Source: Candidatus Velthaea sp.
Lineage (GTDB): Bacteria > Vulcanimicrobiota > Vulcanimicrobiia > Vulcanimicrobiales > Vulcanimicrobiaceae
Direction: 5' to 3'
Assembly: GCA_050012475.1 (NCBI GenBank)
Contig: JBEKHC010000011.1
Location: 18,193 to 82,192 of the forward strand
Length of the DNA stretch: 64,000 bases
Shown here: positions 55,357 to 64,000 of the stretch, one piece after another
Layout: every line of letters starts with the position of its first letter
Numbering within the stretch: position 1 is the stretch's first letter
Notes under the pieces: generated by a model
Seen by the model: only the letters and a program-made list of their open reading frames with translations
The model's database searches: none
What the model was told of the DNA's origin: nothing
Program-made: the position numbers and the translations under genes

Positions 55357-57449
55357 GATGCTGCTTTGAGTTTCATCTTCGACAGGCTGGTAACGTCGAA
55401 GGAGATGCCGTATTCTTGGAATTTCTTCAGGCACATCGGCTGCACGCCGGTGAAGACGAAGGAGCCGGCGACCTTGCCGTCCTTGTCCAGACCCTGCTGA
55501 TCGTAACGCGAGATGTCTTGCATCGTGACGACGTCACCCTCGAGCCCGACGACTTCGGAAATGCTTACGAGCTTACGCGACCCGTCGCGCATACGCGACA
55601 GCTGCAAGATCATATCGACGGCGCCCGCGATCTGTTCGCGGATCGCGCGCACCGGCAAATCGAATCCGGCCATGAGCACCATCGTCTCGATACGCGAGAT
55701 CGCGTCACGCGCGCTGTTGGCGTGGATCGTCGTGAGCGATCCGTCGTGACCCGTATTCATCGCTTGGAGCATGTCGAGCGCTTCACCGCCGCGGCACTCA
55801 CCGACGATGATCCGGTCGGGCCGCATGCGCAGCGAGTTGCGCAGCAGGTCGCGGATCCGGATCTCCCCGGCGCCCTGAATGTTGGCCGGGCGGGATTCGA
55901 GGCGCACCACGTGCTCTTGCGCCAGCGACAGTTCGGCGGCGTCTTCGATCGTAACGATGCGTTCGGACGGCGGCAAGAAGCTCGAGAGCACGTTCAAGAA
56001 GGTCGTCTTACCGGAACCGGTGCCGCCGGCTACGACGATGTTGAGCCGGGCCTCGACGGCGGCGCGCAAGAAATCGACCAATTCGGGCGTAACCGCGCCG
56101 ATCTTGATGAGATCGGACGCCTGCATGCGGCGCTCCGGAAAGCGCCGAATGGTCAGCGTTGCGCCGTCGAGCGAGAGCGGATTGATGATCGCGTTGACGC
56201 GCGAGCCGTCGGAAAGGCGAGCGTCGACCATCGGCTGCGACTCGTCGATGCGCCGCCCGATCGGCGCGATGATGCGCTCGATGATGAGCCGAAGCTGTCG
56301 TTCGTTGGTGAAACGCTTCGCCGTTTTCGTTATTTTGCCGCTCCGCTCGACAAAGATGCGGTTGGGTCCGTTGACCATGATCTCGGTGATGCTCGGATCG
56401 CGTAAGAGATCTTCGAGCGGACCGAGACCGAGCGCCTCATCGATGATTTCTTGGCGGAGTTCGGCAATGTCTTCGGCCGAACCGACGTCGGTGCGGTTGC
56501 CCATGATTTCCGACACGACTTCGCCGACTTGCGTGCGCAACTCGGCCAGTTTCCCGGCATCGTCGACGGCGCGGGTCGGATCGTTGAAGTCGAGCCGTTT
56601 CGTGAGCTCGTCGTTGATCTCGCTCTTGAGCTGATCGCGTTTATCGCGCTGACGGGTTTGCGGACTGGGCACGTTCGCGGCGGCTTGCGTGGTGCCGTTC
56701 TTCGATTCGCCGTTCGACGAGTTTTCTTCGGGCCGCCGCCGGCTGCCGCGCCGGTCGCCGATCGGCGCGGAGGAGGACGGCTTGAGCTCGAGCAGTGATT
56801 CGCCGGGGCGATTCACCAGCAGAGCCGCGGCAAGTGACTCGATCGCGCGGTCGTATTTCTTGTCGCCGTGGATCGGCAGCTCGACGATGGCTTTGAGCCC
56901 GAGCGCCTCTTCGATGTCGCTGCGCGACACGTCACGGCGCAGGACACGCCCGTTGAGCACCATCACTTCGTGGGTTCGCGGTACGCCGAAGCGTTCGAGT
57001 TCGATCTGTACTAGACGCGCGTTCGTGAGTCCGAGCAATGTCGGTTCGACCACCAGGACGAAGCGCGCGGCGCGCACGACGAAGGGCCGGATCGCCGCGG
57101 CAAACGGCTGCGGCGCGTCGATCACGATCGCGTCGCAGGTCTCGATGAGGTTGAGCGCGACCGTCTCGACATCTTTTTGAGCGATCGTGAAGGCTCCGTC
57201 GATCGATGCGGCCATCTCGACGACGGTGAATTTGTTCTTTGAGGCAATCGCCATGTTTGCCGACGTACGGCTCACGTCGAGCGGCCGCACCATGTCGGTG
57301 AGGACGGCGACGCTGCGCCGGGCCGCGAAGTCGGCATCAACGACCGCGACGCTGGAATTGCGGGCGAGCGCCATGGCTGCATCGACGCAAATCGTCGTCG
57401 CGCCGGTCCCGCCTTTGGTGCCGATCACGATCGAGATCGGCGCGTTCAT
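55350..57449 (-). CDS. cpaF: Fusion of a TadZ/CpaE-like MinD domain and the TadA/CpaF assembly ATPase
   Basis: N-terminal KGGTGATT; C-terminal [45 protein letters not shown]. Confidence 0.92.
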   Translation of the reverse strand: MNAPISIVIGTKGGTGATTICVDAAMALARNSSVAVVDADFAARRSVAVLTDMVRPLDVSRTSANMAIASKNKFTVVEMAASIDGAFTIAQKDVETVALNLIETCDAIVIDAPQPFAAAIRPFVVRAARFVLVVEPTLLGLTNARLVQIELERFGVPRTHEVMVLNGRVLRRDVSRSDIEEALGLKAIVELPIHGDKKYDRAIESLAAALLVNRPGESLLELKPSSSAPIGDRRGSRRRPEENSSNGESKNGTTQAAANVPSPQTRQRDKRDQLKSEINDELTKRLDFNDPTRAVDDAGKLAELRTQVGEVVSEIMGNRTDVGSAEDIAELRQEIIDEALGLGPLEDLLRDPSITEIMVNGPNRIFVERSGKITKTAKRFTNERQLRLIIERIIAPIGRRIDESQPMVDARLSDGSRVNAIINPLSLDGATLTIRRFPERRMQASDLIKIGAVTPELVDFLRAAVEARLNIVVAGGTGSGKTTFLNVLSSFLPPSERIVTIEDAAELSLAQEHVVRLESRPANIQGAGEIRIRDLLRNSLRMRPDRIIVGECRGGEALDMLQAMNTGHDGSLTTIHANSARDAISRIETMVLMAGFDLPVRAIREQIAGAVDMILQLSRMRDGSRKLVSISEVVGLEGDVVTMQDISRYDQQGLDKDGKVAGSFVFTGVQPMCLKKFQEYGISFDVTSLSKMKLKAASW

Positions 57450-58309
57450 CGGTCTACGAAACGGTCGCCATCGATGAGCGGCGGTCCAAGGCGTTTGGGG
57501 GCGGCCGGAGCGGCCTGGTGTTGTTGAGGAGCGGGTCCGGCCTGCGGCGGCGGTCCCGGGTTGACGGCGCTGCTCGTCGTCGGGATGGCGAAGGGTTCGG
57601 CCGCTTCGTTCACCCGGCCGTCTTTGATCGAGCGCAGCGCGAGCCGCAAGGTCGAGTTGAGGTCCGCCAGGGCTAGGATCTTGGCTTCCTGCGGCGTCAC
57701 CGCAAGGGTGGCCGTTTCGACGGCGAGATCGGGCGGCGGCGTCGCGCCGCTGAGTTCGGCGGCAGCGGGGGCTTCTTGGGTCGTCCCCATCGCGAGCACC
57801 ACTTTGTTCTTCAGAATGGTCGAGACGCCGGCAACCGCTCCTTGCCCGCGCGGCGCGGTAACGGCCAGGACGTCGACGTGGTCTCCGGCTTGAATGAGGT
57901 TGGCAACGCCTTTGACGCGATCGAGCGAGATGCTGATGGCGCGCAGGCCGGACGGAATGTGCATCGTGAGGCCGCCCAGACCCAGGCGTCCGATCTTCGA
58001 CTCCGAGACGACCCCGCCGGACGGAATCGAGATCAGCGCGATCTGGCCGACGACCTCGGCTTCGCTCGATACGGCGTCCGGATCGACCGAGTTGGCCGGC
58101 CGGCTGGAGATCGTGAGCATCGACGGTCTGACAATGGTGCGAACCGGAATTTCCAGCGCCGCGACGACAACCGTGCGCATCGGCACCACGGTCGCTGTTT
58201 TGTTCACGGTCGTGAGATAATTGAAGGCCAGCAGCCCGGTGCCTAGAGCGAGCACGGACGCAATGAGAATGGTGGTCGACCGTTTATTTAATGAACGAAC
58301 CGTAGCCAT
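57446..58309 (-). CDS. cpaB: Flp pilus assembly protein CpaB/RcpC
   Basis: SAF domain VVVAA, G.RAISI, GDHVDVL, TLAVTP, LRLALRS. Confidence 0.9.
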   Translation of the reverse strand: MATVRSLNKRSTTILIASVLALGTGLLAFNYLTTVNKTATVVPMRTVVVAALEIPVRTIVRPSMLTISSRPANSVDPDAVSSEAEVVGQIALISIPSGGVVSESKIGRLGLGGLTMHIPSGLRAISISLDRVKGVANLIQAGDHVDVLAVTAPRGQGAVAGVSTILKNKVVLAMGTTQEAPAAAELSGATPPPDLAVETATLAVTPQEAKILALADLNSTLRLALRSIKDGRVNEAAEPFAIPTTSSAVNPGPPPQAGPAPQQHQAAPAAPKRLGPPLIDGDRFVDR

Positions 58310-58806
58310 GGTGCGAAACTTTCCGAAGCGGCATAAAAGCATGCACCGGCGCAAATGGCCAATGCGTAGGGAATTCGACGGGACGCTACAGCCGGCGTGA
58401 TGCTGTTTCCAGCGACTGCACTAAACGCGATATTCGCAACAGTCGTTCGCAGCCGCCCCTCACGCAGGGCGTAGACCGCAGCGATGACGCCGCCGATGGT
58501 GGCAACGTAGAGCAAGACGACCAAGAAGGATGGGAATCCGATCGCAGCCGCGCCGGCGGCGAGCAGTTTTATATCGCCTCCGCCGAGCCAGCCCAGTCCG
58601 AAAATAAAGCTGCCGGCGACGAGGACGGCGATTGCGGCACCGATCGTCCAGAGAAACGCAATCAATCCGTGTGGAACGCTTAGTGCGATGATCGACGCCA
58701 TGCATCCATACGTCAGGTAATTCGGAACCCGGCGCCAGCGCACGTCCGTGTAGCTTGCGACGACACAGGCGGCCAAGAACAACCAGAGCGACAGTTGAAG
58801 CGTCAT
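58288..58806 (-). CDS. cpaA: Flp prepilin peptidase CpaA/TadV
   Basis: YTD..RVPN, GGGDIKL, IPYALAI; directly downstream of flp. Confidence 0.88.
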   Translation of the reverse strand: MTLQLSLWLFLAACVVASYTDVRWRRVPNYLTYGCMASIIALSVPHGLIAFLWTIGAAIAVLVAGSFIFGLGWLGGGDIKLLAAGAAAIGFPSFLVVLLYVATIGGVIAAVYALREGRLRTTVANIAFSAVAGNSITPAVASRRIPYALAICAGACFYAASESFAPWLRFVH

Positions 58807-58815
58807 AAGAATTTA

Positions 58816-58855
58816 AGCTGTGCGTACTGATACGAAGTGAGCAGGACGCACAGCT
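58816..58855 (-). terminator. Stem-loop after flp (stabiliser or partial terminator)
   Basis: AGCTGTGCGT...ACGCACAGCT perfect 10-bp arms. Confidence 0.55.
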
Positions 58856-58876
58856 CGGAGTGTCACGCAGCTGGTT

Positions 58877-59047
58877 CTAGGCGGCTGCGAGCTTGCTTTG
58901 CATCGTCGTGAACGCCGTATTGATCTGGGCGCCGAGCGCCGTTACGGTTGCGATACACGCGATGGCGATGAGCGAGACAACGAGAGCGTATTCAACGAGC
59001 GTTGCGCCGTCTTCATCGACGAGGACGCTTTTCAGATTGGTGAGCAC
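58877..59047 (-). CDS. flp: Flp type IVb/IVc pilin (probable major pilin)
   Basis: DEDG/ATLVEY; strong SD AGGAGG before GTG 59047. Confidence 0.93.
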   Translation of the reverse strand: MLTNLKSVLVDEDGATLVEYALVVSLIAIACIATVTALGAQINTAFTTMQSKLAAA

Positions 59048-59084
59048 GGGATTTCCTCCTGGGAAATGAAGTGGTGTAAGGGGG

Positions 59085-59816
59085 CTACTTTTTCGGCCAG
59101 TCATCGAGTCCGGACGACTTGATCTGCGGGCTGGGAACCCCGACCGTTACTCGAGCCTCCGCCGACGAAGCTCCGGAGAGCGTTGTCACGGTTGCAACAA
59201 GTGTCGTGCGGACATGCGATTGCTGACCATAATATACTTCGGCAGAAAAAGTGCCGTCAGTAGCGGTTGTTATATCTTTTCTTGATAGAACAACGACCGG
59301 CAGATCGGTTGAGACTTCCCCGCGCAGGGTGACCGTCAGCGTAGCATTGGCCGGAGCGGTTCCGCGCAAAGCCAGAGCCTCATGGCCGGGAATGGCCTTT
59401 GCCTGAAGGGTCAATGGGCCCTCGGCAGTGTTGGAACCCATTGCGGCGGACATGTCCGCGGGCTGCGAAACGACGCGATCTTTCGCCCCGGAGATAGCAT
59501 ATTTGGCGGCAATGAGGCGCAGATGCTCGGCGAGCTTTGCAGAGATGATGAGATCGCGGCCATCGAAGCGCGGCGCGCTGTCGGCGATCGGATTTGCATT
59601 GTTAACTTCGTAGAACAAACGGCCGGCGCGGATAACGACGCGTACGCCGGGGCGCGCGAGAACGGCACCGGCTTCGGTTGGCATCCATTGATAGGTAAAG
59701 CCATCCTCGGCTGCGACCGTTGCGAGGCGCAGGCCCTGGTCGGCTTGGGCTGACACCGTCAGCGCGAGCGTAACAGCGGCGATGGAACTGACGAGACGGA
59801 CGGCAGACGATTTCAT
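59085..59816 (-). CDS. Secreted hypothetical protein (possible stalk/Cu-amine-oxidase-N-like plus Ig-like domains)
   Basis: Signal peptide ending AQA; YEVN...APRFDGRDLII; GTAPANATLTV...DGTFS; SD AGGAG. Confidence 0.7.
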   Translation of the reverse strand: MKSSAVRLVSSIAAVTLALTVSAQADQGLRLATVAAEDGFTYQWMPTEAGAVLARPGVRVVIRAGRLFYEVNNANPIADSAPRFDGRDLIISAKLAEHLRLIAAKYAISGAKDRVVSQPADMSAAMGSNTAEGPLTLQAKAIPGHEALALRGTAPANATLTVTLRGEVSTDLPVVVLSRKDITTATDGTFSAEVYYGQQSHVRTTLVATVTTLSGASSAEARVTVGVPSPQIKSSGLDDWPKK

Positions 59817-59871
59817 AGGGCTCCTAGTAACGATGGGATCGTGATGCAAGTCTAGGCCCCCGGCCGATAAT

Positions 59872-59887
59872 TGTGAACCGTCTCACG
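59872..59887. promoter_or_regulatory. CRP/FNR-family-like binding site
   Basis: TGTGA-accgtc-TCACG, 9/10 match to TGTGA-N6-TCACA, with AT-rich flanks, in the divergent tad intergenic region. Confidence 0.55.
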
Positions 59888-60010
59888 CAATTCTTGACGT
59901 AACGTTCGCGCGTCGTTAACGCGTTAACGCCGTTCTGCCGATCTATACTGGTAGCGTCCACAAACGTGCGCTGCCATTGTTTATCCCTCTCTGTGGTTAA
60001 GGTGATTCCG

Positions 60011-61444
60011 TTGAACTCAACTTTTGCTCGCCGCCTGCTCGCCGGATTGTCCGCGCTCTTACTCAGTAGCGCGATGCCCGGCGGTGCCCAAACTCTCTCG
60101 AGCGACCCGCAGTCCGTGACGACGATTTACGTTCCGAGCGGCCAATCCGCGACCGTTGCCGTCGCGGGCGTAACCCGGCTGGCCATCGGCGATTCTCAAA
60201 TCGCCGGGGTTCTCATGGCCGCCAACGGTCAGGTGCTCATCAACGGTAAGACGCACGGCGAAACGACGCTCTTCGTTTGGCAGGGCATAACGCGCAGAAC
60301 GTATCTCGTCGAGGTGACGCAACAATCGCTCGATGAGTATGCGCGCGTCGTCCGCAACGCCATCAACGAGCCGCACGTCCTCGTCGGAGTTGCCAAGAAC
60401 GCAATTGTGGTCAGCGGCACCGTCTCCGATCCGACGCAGTTCGGACGCGTGAACGACGTCGTCGCCCGCTTTGCGGAGCTCGCAAAAGGCGAGCATTTTA
60501 CCGTCGTCAACGCCGTCACTATCACCGAACAGCTCGGTTCATTACAGAAGCAACTGGGCAAATTGCCCGGCCTGGAACGAGTGAACGTCGATCTGGACGG
60601 CAAAGGCAATGTCGTCGTTAGCGGAATGGTTCGCGATCGGCAAGCCGCGGAACTGGCCCTGCAGCGTGCCGGCGGTCTGGCCGGCGCTTACCTCGCGGCC
60701 GACGGCAAAGTGATCGACCGGATGACGACCGACAAAACCACGCAGATCGGTGTCAAGGTGTACATCCTCGAGATCGACGACACCGGCTTGACGCAGCTCG
60801 GCATGAGCCTGCAAGGCGCGAACCCCGATCCCGCGAATCCGGGCTCGTTCGTCTACGGTAATCCGACGTTCATTGGATTGGAAAACGCGCCGGCGTCGGC
60901 GCTCAACGTCGCACCGTTTGCGCGGGTCACGCGCTTGGCGCCCACGCTCGATCTCATCATCCAGAGCGGACACGCCAAGATTCTCTCGGAACCCAACTTG
61001 GTAACCTCGCCCGGGACCGAAGCGAAATTCTTGGTCGGCGGAGAGATTCCGTACGCCTTCGCTACCGGGCTCGGTCAGGTCTCGATCGTCTTCAAAGAAT
61101 ACGGTGTCAAGCTCGACATGACGCCCAAAGTGCTGGGCAACGGCTGCATCGAGACCACGATTGCGCCTGAAGTTTCGGATCTCGACTTCCAGAACGGCAT
61201 CACGCTCAACGGCTTTGTGGTTCCGGCGCTCAAGACCAGCAAACTTTCGACGGACATGATCACGCAGCCCGGTGAGAGCGTCGTCATGGGCGGATTGCTG
61301 CGGCGCCTCCAGCAGCGCACGATCTCGCGCATGCCGATCTTGGGCGACCTGCCCATCCTTGGGCCGCTCTTTCGTTCGACGCGCTACCAGAACAATCAAA
61401 CGGACGTGGTTTTCGTGATGACCCCGGAAGCTATCGTGCGATGA
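60011..61444 (+). CDS. cpaC: Tad secretin RcpA/CpaC with BON-like domains
   Basis: Signal peptide, GKTHGETTL, AKILSEPNL, FLVGGEIP, FKEYGV, PEVS, PILGDLPILGPLFRS. Start approximate. Confidence 0.92.
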   Translation: MNSTFARRLLAGLSALLLSSAMPGGAQTLSSDPQSVTTIYVPSGQSATVAVAGVTRLAIGDSQIAGVLMAANGQVLINGKTHGETTLFVWQGITRRTYLVEVTQQSLDEYARVVRNAINEPHVLVGVAKNAIVVSGTVSDPTQFGRVNDVVARFAELAKGEHFTVVNAVTITEQLGSLQKQLGKLPGLERVNVDLDGKGNVVVSGMVRDRQAAELALQRAGGLAGAYLAADGKVIDRMTTDKTTQIGVKVYILEIDDTGLTQLGMSLQGANPDPANPGSFVYGNPTFIGLENAPASALNVAPFARVTRLAPTLDLIIQSGHAKILSEPNLVTSPGTEAKFLVGGEIPYAFATGLGQVSIVFKEYGVKLDMTPKVLGNGCIETTIAPEVSDLDFQNGITLNGFVVPALKTSKLSTDMITQPGESVVMGGLLRRLQQRTISRMPILGDLPILGPLFRSTRYQNNQTDVVFVMTPEAIVR

Positions 61445-61626
61445 CGTCCGCGTTTCGCAATCTCGCCGGCAACGAGAATGGCGGCGCGTTGATTGAATAT
61501 GCACTCGTTCTCGCGTTGGTTTCGCTCGTGTCGTTCGGCGCTCTCCAGGGTTTTGGAGATGTTCTCGCCGCGTTCTTTGGAACGACGTCCGACGACATGG
61601 CGCAGGTGGCAGTGCAAGCAAAATGA
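61441..61626 (+). CDS. flp: Second Flp family pilin
   Basis: NENG/GALIEY plus a hydrophobic helix; ATGA-coupled on both sides. Confidence 0.85.
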   Translation: MTSAFRNLAGNENGGALIEYALVLALVSLVSFGALQGFGDVLAAFFGTTSDDMAQVAVQAK

Positions 61627-62594
61627 CCACCAACCGTGGGTCCGTCCTGGTCGAATCCGCGATCGCGATCCCCGTGATCCTGCTGCTGATCTACGGATCG
61701 ATTCAGCTCGGCATGATCGGCCTCGAACAATTGACCGTCGACGGCGGAGCATTTACGGCTGCTCATCAACAGGCGTTGCTGGGAGCCAATCTCAACAACT
61801 ATGAAGATGCTCCAACGCTCGCGCAATCGACCTACCCGCACCTGAACTCACCGAACGTGAGCGTGCCCGAACCGACGTACGGTCAGCCGCCCACCATGCC
61901 CGACGTGAGCAGCCTTTCCGACCAATATAACTTAGGCAATCCCAACGCTCGGCACGGCGGCGTTTCCATGACCCTTCCGGTGCAGACGGTTGCATTTGCG
62001 ACGAGCAACAATTTCGCCAATCTCATCATGGGCATGACCAACTCGATCAGCGTTACTGGAATCGCGATCGACCCGGCCTTCCAGCTCATCAACGGTCACG
62101 GCGACGTGTCCGGCAACGGCTTCAACACGTCGGGAGCGTTCTCGACCGCGACGGATCCGCTGGTCGATGGAACGAACGCGCCGCCCTATTTCATCGGGTT
62201 CAACTACCTTCAGGAATGCCCGTACTCGAATGCCGCCAACTATGCCAGCGGCTGGAACGCCTGTCCGCAGCCCATTTTCGCCGGCCTGGGATTGGCGGAA
62301 TATCTCGATGTCAATAATTGGGGACGCCCGGTCAACGGCGTGATTCCCTCCGGTCAGGCCGTCTTCTGGGAGGCGCAGCTTCATCAGAATCGTTTTGCGA
62401 ATATCGCCAACGCGCTTGCCGGCGCGTGGTCGGACACGCAGAAGAAGAATATCTTGGATCCGACGCTGCCGGGCGACACGCAGTGCGTGTATTCGTTCGA
62501 CAATACGAGCTTGGGAACGTATACCGCAGGCACCACGACGATCGGTGACTACCCGCTTTATCCCGCCGGAACGCCGGCAGCGTGCGGATCGTGA
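61623..62594 (+). CDS. TadE-like pseudopilin with a large C-terminal domain
   Basis: NRG/SVLVESAI..P class III signal; Asn/Ser/Thr-rich body with Cys residues. Confidence 0.8.
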   Translation: MTTNRGSVLVESAIAIPVILLLIYGSIQLGMIGLEQLTVDGGAFTAAHQQALLGANLNNYEDAPTLAQSTYPHLNSPNVSVPEPTYGQPPTMPDVSSLSDQYNLGNPNARHGGVSMTLPVQTVAFATSNNFANLIMGMTNSISVTGIAIDPAFQLINGHGDVSGNGFNTSGAFSTATDPLVDGTNAPPYFIGFNYLQECPYSNAANYASGWNACPQPIFAGLGLAEYLDVNNWGRPVNGVIPSGQAVFWEAQLHQNRFANIANALAGAWSDTQKKNILDPTLPGDTQCVYSFDNTSLGTYTAGTTTIGDYPLYPAGTPAACGS

Positions 62595-63652
62595 TGGAAC
62601 GTCAGCGCGGACAGACGCTGCCGCTTGCCCTGGGCGGCGTGATCGCAATCGTCGTTTTCGGCTTCTTTGCGCTCAACTATGCCAACACGCTGCGCTGGCA
62701 GGTGCGTGCGCAGACCGCTGCGGACTCGGCAGCACAAGCGATTCTTTCACTGCAGACCCAGCAATTCAATGTTATGACCGCGACGCTCTATGCCACGGCG
62801 GTCGAAGAGTATCGCATCCGTCATCTCCTCAACGGAATGGTCCTGGCCGCGCACGGTCAAGGCGGATGCGTTAGCGGCAGCAACCGGGCTCTGCGTTCGT
62901 CGACCGGCTGCGATACCGTCGAACGAGCGCTGCAAGGTCAGTTCAGCGCGGCCGTCGGACGCTACACCGGCGACGTACTCAATTTGCATCAAGCCACCGT
63001 GAACATGAACTTTACGAACTTCACGGATGACGCGACCGCACTCATGACCCAGATCAAAGCGTGCACCTCGGCGCTGGGCGGCGACTGCGCGTTCAACTAT
63101 GGGACACCGATCATCCAGCCGCGCACGGATACCCGAGCCGTGTACATGGACGCCAACGGCGTCGTGTATCCGAATCCTTCCAATCAGACGGCGCTTGCAT
63201 CGACGGTCGGTACGCCGCCGCTCAATACGAATCTTTTCGCGCCGGCGGAAGTCGAAGTCTACGCGTGCGCGACCGTCCCGTCGCTCATTCCGAGCTTCAT
63301 GGGCTGGAGTTTCCCGCCGTTCACCGCGGTCGCCCGCGGCGCCGCGACGGCGGAGATGGTCGAGCTCGATTGGCTTCAACCGGGCACGATCACCAACCCG
63401 TTTACGCCCGGCGTCGCGTATCAGCCGCAGGAGAATTACCTCAGCGGCGGCCTCAACATCACCGACAGCAGCGGATACGATTGGTACGATCTCAACTTCG
63501 GCGGCAACGGCGTGGTTGCCGTCGCCGGCGAGCACTTCGTCAACACCATCACCAAAGACGAGTTCAGCGTATACCTCGGCTGGTGGAACTCGATCCCGAT
63601 CCATCCCTTTGGCGGGGAGAAAGACAAGAGCGCTATGGGGTGCGCATCGTGA
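62594..63652 (+). CDS. TadG-like pilus-associated protein
   Basis: QRG/QTLP TM; AQTAADSAA Tad motif. Confidence 0.8.
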   Translation: MERQRGQTLPLALGGVIAIVVFGFFALNYANTLRWQVRAQTAADSAAQAILSLQTQQFNVMTATLYATAVEEYRIRHLLNGMVLAAHGQGGCVSGSNRALRSSTGCDTVERALQGQFSAAVGRYTGDVLNLHQATVNMNFTNFTDDATALMTQIKACTSALGGDCAFNYGTPIIQPRTDTRAVYMDANGVVYPNPSNQTALASTVGTPPLNTNLFAPAEVEVYACATVPSLIPSFMGWSFPPFTAVARGAATAEMVELDWLQPGTITNPFTPGVAYQPQENYLSGGLNITDSSGYDWYDLNFGGNGVVAVAGEHFVNTITKDEFSVYLGWWNSIPIHPFGGEKDKSAMGCAS

Positions 63653-64000
63653 ACCAGAATGAACGCGGCGCCGCGATGATCGAAACAGCGATCGCGCTGC
63701 CGGTCATCCTCATCGCGCTGTACGGCGTCAGCTGGGGCATTCGTGAAGGCGCGGTTTCCGAGCGCGCGGAGTCCGCGGTGCGTTACGCCGGCGTGATTTC
63801 CGCCGTTCAGGACCCGTATCACGATTACAGCTTGTACGCGCTGTACAACAATCTCGGGGCGACCAGCAACGTTCAGACCGCGCTGTGCACGCCGCCGAGC
63901 AGTCTCTTTGTCAGCGGCGGGACGTTACCGGTCGTGATTCCGGGAACGGCGGAAAACCAAGACTTCACGCCCTCGTTCTGGCAGCCGGACACCCCGCCGC
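63649..64000 (+). CDS. TadE-like pseudopilin (truncated by the window end)
   Basis: Hand translation from GTG 63649: MNQNERG/AAMIETAIALPVILIALYG..., open to the end. Confidence 0.8.
   Translation, partial: MNQNERGAAMIETAIALPVILIALYGVSWGIREGAVSERAESAVRYAGVISAVQDPYHDYSLYALYNNLGATSNVQTALCTPPSSLFVSGGTLPVVIPGTAENQDFTPSFWQPDTPP

Noticed and set aside
59914..59929. CtrA box (TTAA-N7-TTAA)
   Set aside because: The spacing is N4, not N7.
40077..64000. Defined genomic island or prophage
   Set aside because: No integrase, transposase, tRNA attachment site, phage gene or flanking direct repeat was found; there are only compositional hints.

Overview
High-GC, gene-dense bacterial chromosomal window with about 62 supportable CDS. 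I found no rRNA, tRNA, CRISPR array, transposase or integrase. The long overlapping Arg-rich ORFs in the track are mostly GC shadow frames. Content from left to right: (1) 1-10 kb, a nucleoside/sugar ABC fragment with a BMP lipoprotein, an AI-2E transporter coupled to arginase, Ldh_2 oxidoreductase, TonB-like protein, glutaredoxin, DHA2 MFS and a PAS-GGDEF-EAL protein. (2) 10-19 kb, a tetrapyrrole operon headed by an unusual SirC-HemC-half-HemD triple fusion, followed by hemB, mobA, hemL, hemA, cobA-hemD and DUF92. (3) 20-34 kb, a menaquinol-type Rieske/cytochrome b-c complex with a PAWY Qo motif, SelO, and a menG-polyprenyl synthase-tatA-tatC-resB-ccsA assembly operon. (4) 34-46 kb, a PLD-like protein, tatD, metG, rsmI, a TIGR00300 ornithine-cyclodeaminase-like protein, pyk and proCBA. 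(5) 46-64 kb, an accessory-looking surface locus: two paralogous small CxxC-x15-CxxC proteins flanking an acyltransferase-3 gene, two tandem GT87-like membrane glycosyltransferases coupled to a MalT/SARP-like regulator, and a divergently arranged Tad/Flp pilus cluster. The Tad cluster has a TadZ/CpaE-TadA fusion, two A24 peptidases, two Flp pilins and a CRP-like box between its arms. A dispersed REP-like double-hairpin repeat occurs at least six times, and several genes look leaderless. Block 5 is the best candidate for an undescribed system, as a possible Tad pilus or surface glycosylation/acylation module with novel zinc-ribbon microproteins, but that link is inference from adjacency. A diderm lineage such as Ca. 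Eremiobacterota is my unverified impression.
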